DNA of 64,000 nt from Harriotta raleighana. Taxonomy: Eukaryota. The position numbers and the translations under genes are program-made. Below are positions 23,366 to 37,879 of the stretch, piece after piece (positions within the stretch are counted from its first letter, which is position 1; each line of letters opens with the position of its first letter). The DNA is taken from assembly GCA_050575255.1 (NCBI GenBank), contig JBNZDD010013425.1:372001-436000 (forward strand), read 5' to 3'. Under the pieces are notes generated by a model that saw nothing but the letters and a program-made list of their open reading frames with translations, had not been told where the DNA came from and searched no databases.

Positions 23366-25949
23366 ATAACACCTACTGATGGTCAGCAATCAACCTGTAC
23401 ATCAGTGCAATTTCTATCACAAACATATAACTTTGATGCTAGATCGCTGGTTATTCAAATCAAGGCAGTACTTCGGCTGATTTGATATCCTTCCAGAATG
23501 GAGTCCTGCAGCTTAGTTGTTTGAGCACTCGCCTGGCAAATGAGAGGACCTGGGTTTCATTCCCAGACAAGGCAGAGCGAAACATAACGGAAATTTCCTT
23601 ACTCCACACGCCTTTGTTTTCCTAGCAGTGTTTAGGAACCCATACAGCAGTTTTTTAAAACGAGTCTAGTATTCTGGTGTCACCCATTCTTTACGGTAAG
23701 CGTTGAAGTTATACACCACAGAAACATACCTTTAAGACCAACTAGTCTGTGTCAGTGTTTATATTCCCCGCAAACTTTCACCTCTCCTAATCCACTATCC
23801 CAAACCCCTCAATTTCCTTCCCCGTTGTATATACATCATTTGAGCCTAAATATGGAGATGAATTGCCTTAAGCAATTATCCTATGCAGAAAGCAATACTT
23901 TCTAGTGTCTATCCTGAAATGGCCCTTTGCAAATCCTAACCCTGTGCCCGCTTGTCCAGTTGGATGCCACCCATCCAATCTATTTCACGTAATGATCATC
24001 ATTTGTTTGTTCTACTGGCTAACTTTCAGACTTAATGCTGATCAACTGCAATGATCCTGTCATTCAGTACAGTGCTTTTCATACAACCAGTTTCACGACA
24101 GAGTAAGCAAGGAAAGATCCATGTGAAAGAAAAAAATGGAAATTACAAACTGAGAATATAGTTAAGGATGAATGCAAAGATTTGTAAAAGTAGATTTGAT
24201 GTGACTAAATCAAACTGAAAGTCAGGATTACCTTATATGGTGGTGAAATACCAAAGTTTGAATGTACATTATTATTCTTGCCTACCAGATACCAGCATAT
24301 TATTTATGGACTCAGTTAACTTGATATGTTAAATTTAACATTGCAAGTGTTGCCGATAGAAGATAAATGTATTGTATCAAGCTAGGAAGGTTTCCCAATC
24401 TCAGAAAGAAATGGGAACTCAGTTAAACACTATCCAGTATATTCATTACAGTAACTTGCAAGCAATCATGTCAAAGAGAGTTAGATTTTATACAACAGGA
24501 AAATAGGCAAACAGTGCTTTTTGGTTTTAGGGCAAATAATTCAAAGAAAGTGCAGTAATAATGCAGGAAGTGTATTTTTCAATTCTTAACCGGCAACTTT
24601 AGACTTCAATACCAATTTTGTAGGATGTATTCTGGGCAGTAAAACATATGTTCCTACCTTTCTGCATTTGACATTACAGAACCACGGGAGGAAAGAGACA
24701 TCTTTGGGGAGCTGGTAGAGGTGACGTAACTGAGGTTCACAAACTTTTTCACTGAGAGAAGGCAGTTGGTGGGTCCTCCCACCACCACATTCAATATGTT
24801 AACCAGTGAGACCCGAGGCTAAATTGACTAAGGAGTTACAATTGCCAAAGCTACACAGATCATCAGCAATTAACCTGGAGACATAGCCCTATTCTCAATC
24901 CTCCAAACCCAAACCCTTAGCAATATGCCGCAAGTTTTCTACAATAAATATAAAAAGCACTGTTATGCACAGTTAAGCAATAATTTTTACTGGAAATAAA
25001 ACTATTGGAGTGATTAGAATCATTTAAATTCACCCTAAGGATGTTTGTGAGCACGGGTAGCTTAGACTGTCTTAGCATTTGGCAATGGTTTTGCATTCTG
25101 CGGTACCCTAAATTGAAAATAGCCTGTTCTACCATCCTCAATTTCAAAGTCAATTCATCTTAAACATAATGAGTTTACACTTTTATTTACTTGTGAAGAT
25201 AATTCCACGACTAACAAAGAAAGGAGCTTCAAAGCTTTTAACAACTTCCATTACTTCAGAGTTCGACACAATCTGCATCAGAACAGTTTAAACAGTTGTC
25301 ATGGAAAAGATCATTGGAAAAGCTTGCCTTCGAGTAAAATCTAAATAAGATTCCCTTTTACACTACAGTTTTAAAATAAAATCAGAGGTGAGACTTGAAA
25401 AGAATGCAAACACTGAACCCTGTCATTTCATACATTACACAGTACACAAATAAAAACATTTACACATAGGCCTGTGTTGTTACATTATTTTTCAGTATCA
25501 AGAAAGAGAATGGGTGATAAAAATGAGAACTACAAACTGTTCTACAATGATTGATCACAGAAATCTGGAAACTTTAAAAAAATGGGAGACTGAAGCCCTG
25601 CAGCAACCCTAAACCCATTAAACTTGAAATCCAGTCCAGTTTGTTTGGAAGTTAGTGCTACAGATCAAATAACTGAGACTACCATTAAAGGATTTAAGAG
25701 AACATAGGAAAGTATGGTATGAGAAACGCTCATTTACTCCTTGAAATCAACTCCTTCCATAAACCGTAGAGAGCATATCTTACTGGACTTCGAATCCTTC
25801 TTTTCTCCTAATCCCCAGCATTGAAGCAATCATCAAGTTACGTGAACCTTCTGCTCATCTCAGTTTGCTCCTACCCCTCTAATGCTAGGGGAATGGGTGG
25901 CTAGGGGAAGGTGGAATGGTGACCGTAGGCACGGTCGAAGAGGAAGGTC

Positions 25950-26100
25950 TGCCTTCCCTCACCTCCATAACATCGCCCAACTCCGCCGCTACCTCAACCC
26001 TCAGGCTGCTGAAACTCTCACGCATGCTTTCATTACATCCAGGCTCGACTACGACAATGCCGTGCTTGGCAGCCTCCCCAACTCCTCCCTCCATAGGCTG
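25950..26100 (+). mobile_element. L2 LINE fragment
   Basis: [39 protein letters not shown] in ORF 25882..26103. Confidence 0.85.
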
Positions 26101-26450
26101 TAGAATCCTGCAGCTCAGTGATTAGAGCAGTCGCCTTGTTAGCAAGAGACCTGGGTTTGATTCTCAGCACGAAACCCTGGGCAAGTTTCCTTACTCTGCA
26201 GGCATAATAATAATTCAAGGAAAAAAATTATAATTTGGTCACTCAATCAACAACTGTTTCTGGGACACTGCTGTGTGCAATTGGCTGCTGCATTTCACCC
26301 ACATCTTCTAGATATCTCAAAACGCTTCACAGAATATACTATGAAGTGAATTGACTGTGTTTTTTGGGTGAAACGTGGCAGCCAATTTCGCACAGGAGTG
26401 TCCCACAAACAGAAATGGATTAAATGACCAAATTATTGTTTTTTTGAGAA
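26100..26450. mobile_element. Two abutting SINE pieces in inverted orientation (26100-26303 plus; 26304-26450 minus)
   Basis: Head and core on plus stop at catttcacccaca and are followed directly by tail and core on minus. Confidence 0.88.
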
Positions 26451-26710
26451 GGGATTTATTGTAAAGTGTGTACTTTTAGGCAAACACAGCAGCCCATTTG
26501 CACACAACCACGTCCGCCTGCACAGAACCTAGGTTGAATGGATCATTTAAGGACACCACCTATTGTCTAAAGGCATTCATTTGGCCTAGATTTGACAGTT
26601 TACCAAAAACTAGAAGTTTGTATTAAATAATAAATACAACCACTCTAATACAGCTCTCCCCAATACTATGCTGCAGTACCAGCCTACACTATCATCTCTA
26701 AATCCTGAAA

Positions 26711-27305
26711 TAAGAACATAAGAACATAAGAATTAGAACAGGAGTAGGCCATTCGGCCCCCCGAGCCTGCCCCGCCATTCAATAAAATCATTGCTGATCT
26801 ATTCTAACTTCACCTATCCCCCTTATCCCCATATCCCTTAATCCCTTTATCCACAAAAAAATCTATCAATCTCAGTCTTGAATATTTTCCAAAGACTGAG
26901 CATTTACAGTCCTTTGGGATAGAGAATTCCATAAATTCACTATCTTCTAAGTGAAGTTTTTCCTCAACTCAGTGCGAAAGGGCTGACCGCTAATTTTAAG
27001 ACTGTGACCCCTGATTATAGTTTCTTCAAACAGGGAAAACAGTCTCCCACTATCTACTATGTCATGCCCCTTAGGTTTCTATAAGATCAACTCTAATTCA
27101 TCTATATTCTAGAGAATATAGGCCCTAGATTGCTCAACCTATCCTCATAACTCATCCCCCTCATCCCAGGTACCAACCTAGTGAATCTACGTTGTACTCC
27201 CAATGCTGTACCTGCAAACTAACTTTTTGTGACTGGTGTACAAGAACACCCAAGTCCCTCTGAACGCTAACATCATCTAGTCTCTCCACTTCTAAAAAAT
27301 AATAT
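26711..27305 (-). mobile_element. CR1-clade (HER-like) LINE 3' end
   Basis: (taagaaca)n terminal repeat followed by ggagtaggccattcggccc..gagcctgccccgccattcaat, the typical reverse-complemented CR1 3' UTR, then decayed ORF2 C-terminus. Confidence 0.85.
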
Positions 27306-30300
27306 GACTTGGGGCTTGAATCAACACCTTCCCCACTAGGCTATATATCCTATTAGTGTATAGGATTTTTGAACTTGAACAGAGGTCAGAAAAATCAGTT
27401 CCTCCTGAAGCATATCATGTCTCTACTTGCTTATGTTACATGAAGATAGAGCATAGTTTTGAAAATCATGTTGAGGATCACACTCCTACTAATCATCTAA
27501 CAAAAAGGTCAACATTGCAGGTATGCAGGTCAAATTCTGGACATATCTACATTGAACACAACCAAAAACATTATCTTGTAGATCTAAGATATTAATTTGG
27601 CCTAATTTTTTTTCCAATTTTACAATAACTGGAAGTTTGTTATAAACCATAATAATCATTCAAATACCATCCCCAAAAATACGCAATGGACAATATGCAC
27701 AACAATGCATAAATAATTATAGAATTATAGAATGGTGAATTATATTTTTAAAAGAGTTGTGTTGTAAAACGAAAAGTTTTCCCGAAGAGTCCTGTGTTTT
27801 GTAATGCACAATGTCTGTGACATTTATAATTGTGGGTCTTATTGTTCTAGCACCAAGGCAATTTTAAGAAAATTAAGATAATACTTTTCTATTCATGGTT
27901 TTTGTTTTATGTTGCCTTTTCAAATATGTTTAAAGAGTGAAATTGTCTAACCTGGTAGAGATCAACTGGTGATGAGAAAGCACTTGTGAAGTATGGGTCG
28001 AGCGTGGTCAAGTACCCTTGAGAGTATGATTCAACAAATGCAGAGGATGGCAGTATGTATACAACGCTTTTCCTGCATGGAAGAGGTGGATTTGGGAATT
28101 GATTAAAAAAAGGGGATGCACATGATAATAATAATAATAATACTTGCATTTGATATAGTACCTTATTACTTTGTTTTTCGAGACTTTTCAAAGCGCTTCA
28201 CAGAATTGATTGAATTTTTGCTGTAAAATGAATTGACTGTATACTTGGTTGGAAAAAACCCACTATATTGTAGTTCCAAAGTGAATGCCATATTAAAGAT
28301 GTCACATCAACCAGCTACTTTTTCTGAAGTGATGCAAGCAAATAATGAGGACTTGGGCCCCCTCACTCACATTGCTGCCCAAATCAGTCAAAGAGGAGCT
28401 CTAAACACAAGCTTGTAAACTACTGCTACAGAAATTCTGAAGATTGAACAAAGTTTACAAAGATTTACACAAAGAATGTACTGCACCAGAACAGTCACTA
28501 GGCCCAACTCGTTCATGCCAGGCACAAGTCTTCATCCATTCATTATTCCTTTCCATTCTCCTCTCCCTCAATTGTTTCAGAAAATGTAAAAGATAAATCC
28601 TTACATTTATATAGCGCTTTCCGCATCTTATCAATGTCTCAAAGTGCTTGAGATGGCAATTAATAAAATCTTCATGTGTGGAGCAATATCTGGCGGAGTT
28701 CAACCATTGTCTACTCTGGTGTTCAAATAATTTCAGAAATGCAGTTAACATAAAATAACATTCGCTGACATTACCTATGTGAGCAATAACATTTAAGGTC
28801 CAGATCAACTGAGCAGAAAGACCTAGCTGTTGGCAACAAAACTAATCACATTTTTTTTGATCTTGAGAGTACTTGAAGTTCAAAGACACTATTGTAATAT
28901 TGCTCTATGAGTGTAGAAGATGAACAAATAGTCCACGGGACAATAAATCATTGGGTGTAGAGAGAAGGTACACAGGTTTCAATACAGCTACAGCTTTCAC
29001 CTTCTGCTTTCCAAGTTCTTGACATTAGTTTACATCTCACATTGGGGAAAGGTTTGTGGCATTCGTTAATCTGTTAAATAACACACAAAAGGAATACCAC
29101 AAACTTGTTCCTTATGTACACCTGTGCTCCTCCCCATTTATATACTGTAACTTGTTTCCTGGCCTTTTGCCTACATGCTTATTGTACATACTAGACAATA
29201 TAATACAATCAGTGCACGATAGTATCTGTGACCATTGCTAAACTGATTTTAAGTTTTGAATCATAAGTTTTAAGTCTTAGACTAACTTCAGAAGTTGCTC
29301 AGACTCCACCATTGTATCAAAGCTGTATGGGACCACAGACCATCCATTACAAAGGACAGCAAGTGTCATATACATTTAGGATCAAATTATTTGTGTTACA
29401 ACAGCAACAAAATTACATTTGTATAGCACTTTATACATCAGGAAGACATCACAAGGTGCTGGACAAACAGTATTTCGGACCCGAGGTGGTGTAGGATTTG
29501 GGGAAGGTGGAGGGCGGAGATAAAGAAGATTGATCCAAAGCACAGTCGAAGAGGAGAGCCTTGAGGTGGGTCTTGAAAGAAGCAAGGCATGGGGTGAGAC
29601 AGTAGGACTGTGGGATGGAGTATAAGCTATTAGAACAAGGGTGGCATTAAGCAAAGTTGCAAATTTTATCCATTGCTCCTCATCTTCAGTCTATGTGCCT
29701 ATGTGAACAGATAACATTGTACACAGTTTGTTTTATTTTATGTAGTGCTGCAAAGTATGAGCAGGAAGTGCAGGAAAGAACACAAGTAAAATGATAAAGA
29801 GATTCAATTCACACTTCATTCTACCTCTATTCTGCCACATAACAATCAATATACTGGAGTAGAAAAGAATATGTTTGGCAGATTAAAAATGAGGGAAGCA
29901 GACAATCTAAAGGAAAACATGCACAAAAAAATTCTAACACAGTAAAATAGCAGAAAATGAATTAAGGAAGATAATATAGATTGGAGCACAATTCCTTCAT
30001 TGAACACAGCAAGCTCAATTGGGCATATATATGAAACAGAACTGAGCCATTTACTATTTGGGAGGTTAAAGAATGAGTTAACATGCATCACTGCTTCAGA
30101 GCTTCTCATGCCTAGTTACAGTCCTTGGCATGGTTCCAGGAACAGGACTCTCTCAGTTGGAGTCAAGACATGGAAGAGTATTTCTGTTTTTTCCCTCTTC
30201 CCTCACCCTCTCCCTTCCCACCCATTAAAATGAACACAGAAAAAATAACATGAACACAATTGGAAAATAACCCATTAGAAAGATCAATGATATATTTACA

Positions 30301-30395
30301 GATAATGAACTATTTAAAAACTAGTGACTGCCAGAATACACTGACAAGATGTTTTATTCACTCTTTTACTAATTGTTCAAGCTGTAGATACACAT

Positions 30396-30689
30396 TAATA
30401 ATAATAAGTTCATTTGATATAGCACGTTTCATGTCTTCCAGACATCTCAAAGTGCTTCACAAAATATACTGTAAATTGAATTGACTGTATATTCGTGAGT
30501 AAAACGCAGCAGCCAATTGCGCATGGCAGTGTCCCACAAACAGTTATGGATTGAAATGACTTTTTTTTAAGGAATTATTTTTAGGTGGATGGAGCAAGGA
30601 AACTTGCCCAAGGTTTCACCCTACCAGGAATTGAACCCAGGTATTTCGCTTGCAAGGCGAGTGCTGTAATCACTAAACTATAGGAGTCC
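30396..30689 (-). mobile_element. Full-length SINE of the dominant family
   Basis: Tail, core and head all present. Confidence 0.92.
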
Positions 30690-32013
30690 ACATTTAGGAC
30701 ATAAGGTTTAGAAATCCTAATGTCCATTAAATTCCCATTTCTGGATACGAGGCTTTCCTTTCTGAACTTCTCTACTCCAATGAAGGTAATTCAAACAAAT
30801 AATTTAACTAAGGTTTTGGAATTTTTCAATTCCTTTGATAACTGCACAATTTGTTTCAAAATAAGAATCTGGAATAACCAACAAATAAATCATTTTAATT
30901 AAATCAACAAAAATCAATGTAAGCATTCTCTGAAATAATGTTGCCACTAATACAACTCCTACAACCACGGATAGAAATAGATTAATCTAAACATTTTTCT
31001 ATTATAAACATATCAATTTTGTACTCTTTAATTTTCTGGAACACCTGAAAGATTCAGTGTCAATCCCGATTTTTAAAAAAATCATTTAGAGAACATGATT
31101 AAAAAAGAGAATTCAAATCATGTGCAGATTTAACAACAACAAAATAACAACAAAATTACATTTCTAGAGCACCTTTCATGTCGGAAGGACTTCCCAACTA
31201 ACAAACAAACCAACCTTTTATTTGGGCCAATGTTAACAGATATCAGTAATATCTCAATGTGTTTCATTGGACAAGCCTTTACAGTATATATAGTCAATAT
31301 AATATATATATATAGTTGACTATATTTTGTGGGCAAAACACAGCAACCAGTTACACACAACAGTCTCCTACAAACAACCATGTAGTGAATGACCACTTTT
31401 TTAAATCTGAAAGATTGTTGGCCACGGAGAAGGTTTCTGACTGTAGAAACAAGGACATTGTAATAGGGCTTTTGCTACCATCTGCTTTACTCCCAGTGAG
31501 AGCAGAAAGGGAGAGGAAAATATATTATCAGCTCCCAAGCTTGGGCTCATGCAAAGTACAACTTTATAAACCCTCTGATGATTTCCTTTGGTACATCAGT
31601 TATAGTGCCTTCTGTTGTTTGGAGAAGGGCCATAGATGTATTCTGAATTTGCTCTACGAAGGCATTGGCTAGAAATTTGTCAGTATCTTGTTCTGGTAAA
31701 ACAAAATAATTTGTCAGCCATAAAGAGATAAGGTTATTTAATTCACCTCAAACATGTGGTCAGATGATGTTCCATACTGGCAGTGGAGCAGTTGCCACTG
31801 TATCTGTGAATCTGTATGGATTTAAATACAACATTTGTGTTTTGCAGCTAGTCCTGGCCACCTTTCACACCGTGGTGTATCCCAATTAATTTTGAACTGG
31901 TATGACCGATTGTGCTATAAAGCAAAAAAAAACTATGAAGGGAGCAAAAAGAGGCTGAAAATTGAAGCATGTGCAATTTTAATGAGATTGTCATAACAGG
32001 ACAGGAATTCACG

Positions 32014-32299
32014 TAATAATCATTGAATTTGATATAGCGCTTTTCACATCTTTTTATTAAGACATTTCAAAGCACTTCACAGTATATGGTGTAAAGTGAA
32101 TTGACTGTACATTCACGGATGAAATGCAGCAGCCAATTGCGCGCAGCAGTGTAGGACAAATAGTTGTGGATTGAAATGACCAATTTATTGCAGTTTTTTT
32201 TGAGGGATTATTATTAGATGTGTGGAGTAAGGAGTAAGAAAACTTGCCCAAGGTCTCGCCCTACCTGGATGCAACTCACACTTGTAAGGCACTTGCTCC
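32014..32299 (-). mobile_element. SINE of the dominant family
   Basis: Tail, core and partial head. Confidence 0.88.
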
Positions 32300-32584
32300 A
32301 AAGTACATAAGGTAATAAGACACAGGCACAAACACAGAACTTGAACACAAAACAAACTGTATGAGAAACTACTTGCATTATAAGAGCTTTCTGATGGGAA
32401 ACTGCAAATAATGTGAGCAGCTGATGTGAGTTGAACTTGGCAGTTTAATGAACCAGAAAGATGCCCATGATCAATTATAGTGAAACTTCAGTTTCAGTAA
32501 AACTAGTCTTTGTAAAAAAAATTACACCGTTGAATCGGTTACAGTTACAATGGCATACTTTTAGAAAGTATATATAGAGATTAT

Positions 32585-33350
32585 ATAATAATAATCTTTA
32601 CATTTATATAGCTCTTTCCACATCTTATCGACTTCTCAAAGTGCTTCACAGAATACAACAACATCCCAAGGTAGGGACGAGAGCAGGAGTGGTGGGGTGG
32701 TCAGGATAGGGAGAAGAAAAGAGGGAAGAAAGGTGGGGAAAGAGGTAGGGACCAGAGCAGGGTGGGGAGGGGTTGGCGTAGGAGAACAGGAAAATTGACT
32801 GTATATTTGTGGGCGAAACGCAGCAGCCAAATTGTGCACAGCAGTATCCCACAAACAATCGCGGAAGTGGAGCTGGGGAGAAAGAGGGCAAGGGGAGGGG
32901 TCGGGGTAGGGGGAAGGAGAACAGGAAAACTGACTGTATATTTGTGGGTAAAACCCGGCAGCCAAATTGCGCACAGAGGTGTCCCACAAACAGTCGCGGA
33001 AGAGGGACCAGGGGAGAAAGGGTGAAAACAGGGCAAGTGGGGAGAGGGAGGGAAAGGCGAGGTGAGGCAAAGTCAGGGAGAAAATTGTGGGGGGGACGGG
33101 GGTGTGTAAGGGAGGAGAGGGATTAAATACTTTATGACTAGAGGCATTGATTTATATTGATCTATCAAAATAATACTAAATTTGTCACTTCAAACCACGA
33201 CTATTTGTGGGATACAACTGTGCACAATTGGCTGCCGCGTTTTGCCACAAATATACAGTCAATTCACTTTACAGTATATTCTGTGAAGTGCTTTTAAATA
33301 TCTAGAAAATGTAGAAAATGCTATATCAAATGCAAGTAAGATAAGATTAT
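32585..33350. repeat. Composite: minus SINE tail, two tandem units of about 140 bp containing the SINE core in purine-rich spacers, then a plus-strand SINE 3' half (33175-33350)
   Basis: aggagaacaggaaaa.tgactgtatatttgtggg...cccacaaaca.tcgcggaag occurs at about 32779-32866 and 32915-33002. Confidence 0.8.
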
Positions 33351-33625
33351 TACCATTATGAGGCACATTTCAGGTTTTGGTGGAAGGGAGGGGTTTTAAA
33401 AATAGTTTACAGGCTCAGATTTTCAATGTAATTAATTAGCAATTTTATGAGAAAGTTAATCAGAGTGTCAAATAAGGAACTCATTTGACAAGTACACAGC
33501 CAGTCAAATGAGAATCCAGAATTCATTATAAAGTAGGAGTTTCAGTAAGACTGGGTGTGATGCTTCTCATTTAAACCCTGGTAATTTGCATGAAAATGAT
33601 TTTAAAGATAACTATGAACTAGAGA

Positions 33626-34050
33626 CCAACAACAACAACTTTGATTTATATAACGCCCTCCACGCCAGACGGCGTCTCAGAGAGCTTCACAACAGCGGTT
33701 CCCAGGACCGAGCCAAGGGCAGGGTTGAAAGGTGACCAAAGGTCAAAGAGAAAGATCTTCAGCTGGGACCTGAAGCTGAGAAAAGGGGGGGCGAGGCGAA
33801 GGGAGTGAGGAAGGGAATTCCAGAGCCTCGGGGCATAGTGGCTGAAGGCACAGCCACCAAGGGTGGAGCGGAGGATTCGGGGGACATGGAGGAGGCCAGA
33901 CCTGGTGAAGCAAAGGCAACGGGTGCTGGTTTGAGGAGAGAGGTCAGAGAGGTAGGGGGATGCAGAGGAGGGATTTGAAGACAAGGGTGAGGATTTCTGG
34001 GATCCTCTCTGGGACAGGGAGCCAGTGAAGTCTGGCAAGGACTGAGGTAA
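33626..34050 (-). mobile_element. L2 LINE 3' end
   Basis: RSTLGGCAFSHYAPRLWNSLPHSLR on minus; tail with (aac)n; highly similar to 46390-46826. Confidence 0.9.
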
Positions 34051-35164
34051 TGGGGGAGCGAAGTTTGGTGCAAGTGAGAATGTGTCAGTCATAGTGACCA
34101 GTCATTATCAATTCAGGAGGTGAGGCGGCAAGGTTGACGTTGTCAGAAAAATGCATCGAGAGTTTGGGATAATTCACACCAACTGTATATTGAAGCCCTC
34201 GCACTGTAAACAAAGCTTTTTGAGAAATCCAACCATATGGATAAGATGGAAAAGTCTGTTTGGTAGTTTAATGCAGCTTCTACAGTGGAGCAGTTTTATA
34301 TTGATCTTGTGCAGCACCACAGCTCAAATGCCAAAGTAAAAGTTGTTAGTAGATGAGCCAAATGCCACATTCATGCCAGGAGAAGACCTGTTGTGTTAAT
34401 ATTATGAATTAATCTGAAATCCCCACAATGGACGAGAGAATATGATTGACATGTGGTTCCTTCTCCCCTAGGAACTCAAACATTCAGATGGTAAAATGCA
34501 GAATTAACCTTCATTTCTTGAACTTGCATTTAAAAAGCTAGGCTAGTGCCCCAGGGCGCTTTGAGGAATGGTAGATAAAGTTTATACACCTAGGAAGATG
34601 TATGCCCAGTAAATGGATGGAGTTATTTTTTTTCTCCATAGAGTTGTCAGGATATGCCAGGGGTGACTGGCACAACAGAGGCAATTGCGGCCTGCAAAAA
34701 AGAATTACACATAAAGGTTATTAAAAGTTAAGGGGAAAGAGTGGGGACATGGGATTCAAATCTATGACTTTTTGGAGTAAAATACTGACATGATAAAAAT
34801 GGACCAAATGCATTCCTACGATGCTATGGGTGTAAGGCAGAGAGATTTAAGAGAATTCCAGAGAGTGAGGGCACAATGGCTGACAGCCCAGCCAGCAATG
34901 TTGGAGGTGGATGAAAGAAGCAAGGGCGTGGGACTGGAGGACTGGTGATTGCAGAAGGAAATGGGATGGGTTACAGTTGAGAAAACACAAAGCTAAAATG
35001 ATGAAACTCTAAAAGGGGGACCTAGAAATACCGGCTACAATTTAGGCTTCTGCATTATAAACTGGCTGCTTACATAAACTAATAGTCCAATAGAGGGTGG
35101 TATCAACAACAATGCTGATCCTAAAGGTCAATGGGTTGAGTTAGGAATTTAAAAGTAAATTTTA

Positions 35165-35602
35165 TAATAAATAATATTTGCATTTTATACAGTATTTCTT
35201 GTCAAAAGGACCTCTAAAAGGTGTCACAGGAATTTGTGTTGTGATTATATATTCTGTAGCCAAATATGGCATACAATTTATCCATAGCAATGACCGACAA
35301 ACAGCCATGGAGTGAAGAACCAATTCTGTTCAGTGGGATTGTCGTCTAGGACAAAGGGAAAAATACAATAGTGTAGTACCATGGGACCTTTAAACATCAA
35401 CCTACACTGGCAGATATGAGACCCAGGCTTAACATCTCTTCAGAAGGATAGCATTTCCTACAATGCCCCCATCTCCACTGCAGCACCTGGATTACATTAA
35501 CTAATCGTCCCAATGTGGGACATTGAGTCAGAATTAAACTTCTACTCAGAAGTTACAAAGCAGATACTTCTATTCAGAGTGCTACCAACTGAGCCACGCT
35601 GA
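35165..35602 (-). mobile_element. Old Deu-domain SINE
   Basis: ccatgggacctttaaacatcaaccta..ggcagat..caggcttaacatctct and head gagtgctaccaactgagccacgctg. Confidence 0.65.
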
Positions 35603-37879
35603 TATACCAGTGTCAGGTTAACTGGTTCTTCAGCCTCGAAACAACTCGGAGAACATTAAGATGCCAATGGGTTTGAGAATGTAAACCCAAAACACTGCTG
35701 ACACTTTCAGACATGTCAAGTTTCACAGAATTTGCAGTTCAGGATTGTGAAGGGCAATTTTAAGACAGACACTGGGGTGTATTTCATGACCAAAATGTAA
35801 TCAACAGCTGGAACAGATTACCAGGAAGAGGTAAAACACTGGATTCATTTAAGATCTTGAAATTGTAATGTCAGACAGTGTGGTTAGTATTCTGGAAGGA
35901 TTAGATCAAATAAGCTAAACGGTTTATTTCATCTGAATGAACCTCTTGTGTTCTTGCAAAAAGAGGCAATGGGCAAATGACCCCAGGAGCTGTCAGAGAG
36001 GAAGAGCACAACGGGAAAGACTCAAATCATCCCAGGCTAAATCAGGTAGGGTAACGAAGCAGGATGTACAGTAGTATTCGTAATTTAGTGCTGCTTTGCT
36101 GCATATTTAACATTGCACTGAAGCCCCATAGTATAAGGGAGAGGTGGTTTCAGGATGAATGCAGGCATAAAGACAGCCTTCACACTTCGTGGGATTGGTT
36201 ATTTAATAACACTACAAATAGATATCCAATTTTTATCATCTGCACAGAAATATATTGGGACGGCCAGAGCCTTCGGATGTTCTCCCAATACAAAAGGCGC
36301 AAATGTAATTTTATATTGTACCAATTTATAAGCTGTGTTTCAGAATTTTAAAAATAATGCAACACAATTTAGAAAATTAAGTCTGAAACCTTAAAAGTGG
36401 ATTAATTCTAAGATCACAATTGCTCATATTCCCCTTCCCAATATAATAAGAATTTATATTATGGGCATACAATTAATTCTTTAATCATCATTCCAAAAGT
36501 TGCCTCATGACCGGAAATCTAAAAAAAATGTTTACAAGCGCTGTAATTTATAATTCCTCGCGGAATTGATCTGTCATTGTAGAATGACTGAAGGTCTATG
36601 AATAAGTGACAAAGTTTACTGAAGCGTACACAAGGTTGTGTCTTGTGCTCAATTAGCTCGAGGCTGACTGATTCCTGCACACAAATCATTGACTGATTCA
36701 CTATAGCCATTGATAAATAGAAACAGCACAATTTAACCACAAGGTCAATTTTAAAGATGTATTTTTTTCCACATGAAAGCAGTCACCAACTTGCTAGCCA
36801 GATTGGGCTTCAAGATTACACCTATGACAGTTAAGATGCCAAACATTTCTTCCTCTCATCTCGCGTTCTTTATTTTGTGCAAGTGAAAATCCAGTACAGA
36901 TAATCGCTCTCTTGAACATTTGACAACCAGTTGCAAAACGTTTGCAATGGATATTTTTTCAGAACCTCATGAGAAAGTAACACTTTCCTTCAACCTTGCT
37001 CTCCCAACCCATTTACCTTCCCTGGTGTTGAGAAAAGTGGGGAAAGATTCATTATCAGACTGCAGATTTGAAAATCACCCTTCAAAGACACGACATCCAA
37101 ATTATAAACTCTTTACTGGAAATCAAATAGTTAAAATTAATGAACTACGCAAGATTTACGATATATATATTTTTAAAATAAATTATGGTAAGTCACAAAT
37201 ACCTATGTTCCCTTGGGTTGTTATTTCTATACAGCATAACCTGAAGTTTACAACACTCACAAAATCTTTACTCACTCTCAGAAGACCAAATTTCCACAAA
37301 TGTGCACACAGCATGACGGGGTTACAACAGAATATCCCGAGCTGCCTGCAGTACCTTTACTCAATGAATATTTTAGTCAACTGTCTTCAACAACAGTGAT
37401 AATTTCAACATTTGACAACACTCATTATCATGATCCATTATTAGACAATGCCTCTTGGAAAGTGTCAATTCAATTTCCCAATACAATACTGTACTTCCTC
37501 TCCAATATTTCTGCACCCTGATGTATAGGGTGAAATTGGCAGGATTTCATAAAGCATTTCTCACTGCAATTAATGCACTGAATAAGTTATGAAAAGTCAC
37601 AAATTTCATTCTTTTTTTAGAAAACAGTAGGTAACATCAATCTTATAAGCTGTCAAGCACCAGGTAAATTATTTTCTCATTACTGTAGAGTAATGGTGAG
37701 GCTATACAGTAGAGAACAACGCAAGTATAAACTACTAGTTTTAAGAGCAGACAGTTTTAGAACATACAGACAAAGTCTCAGACACACATTTAACAGCTAT
37801 TCAATGTCTAGGGAATAGTTCTCCAATGACTGAGCAAATCATCCAGTGAGTAGCTGAACCATGTAGTAATTTAGGAAAT

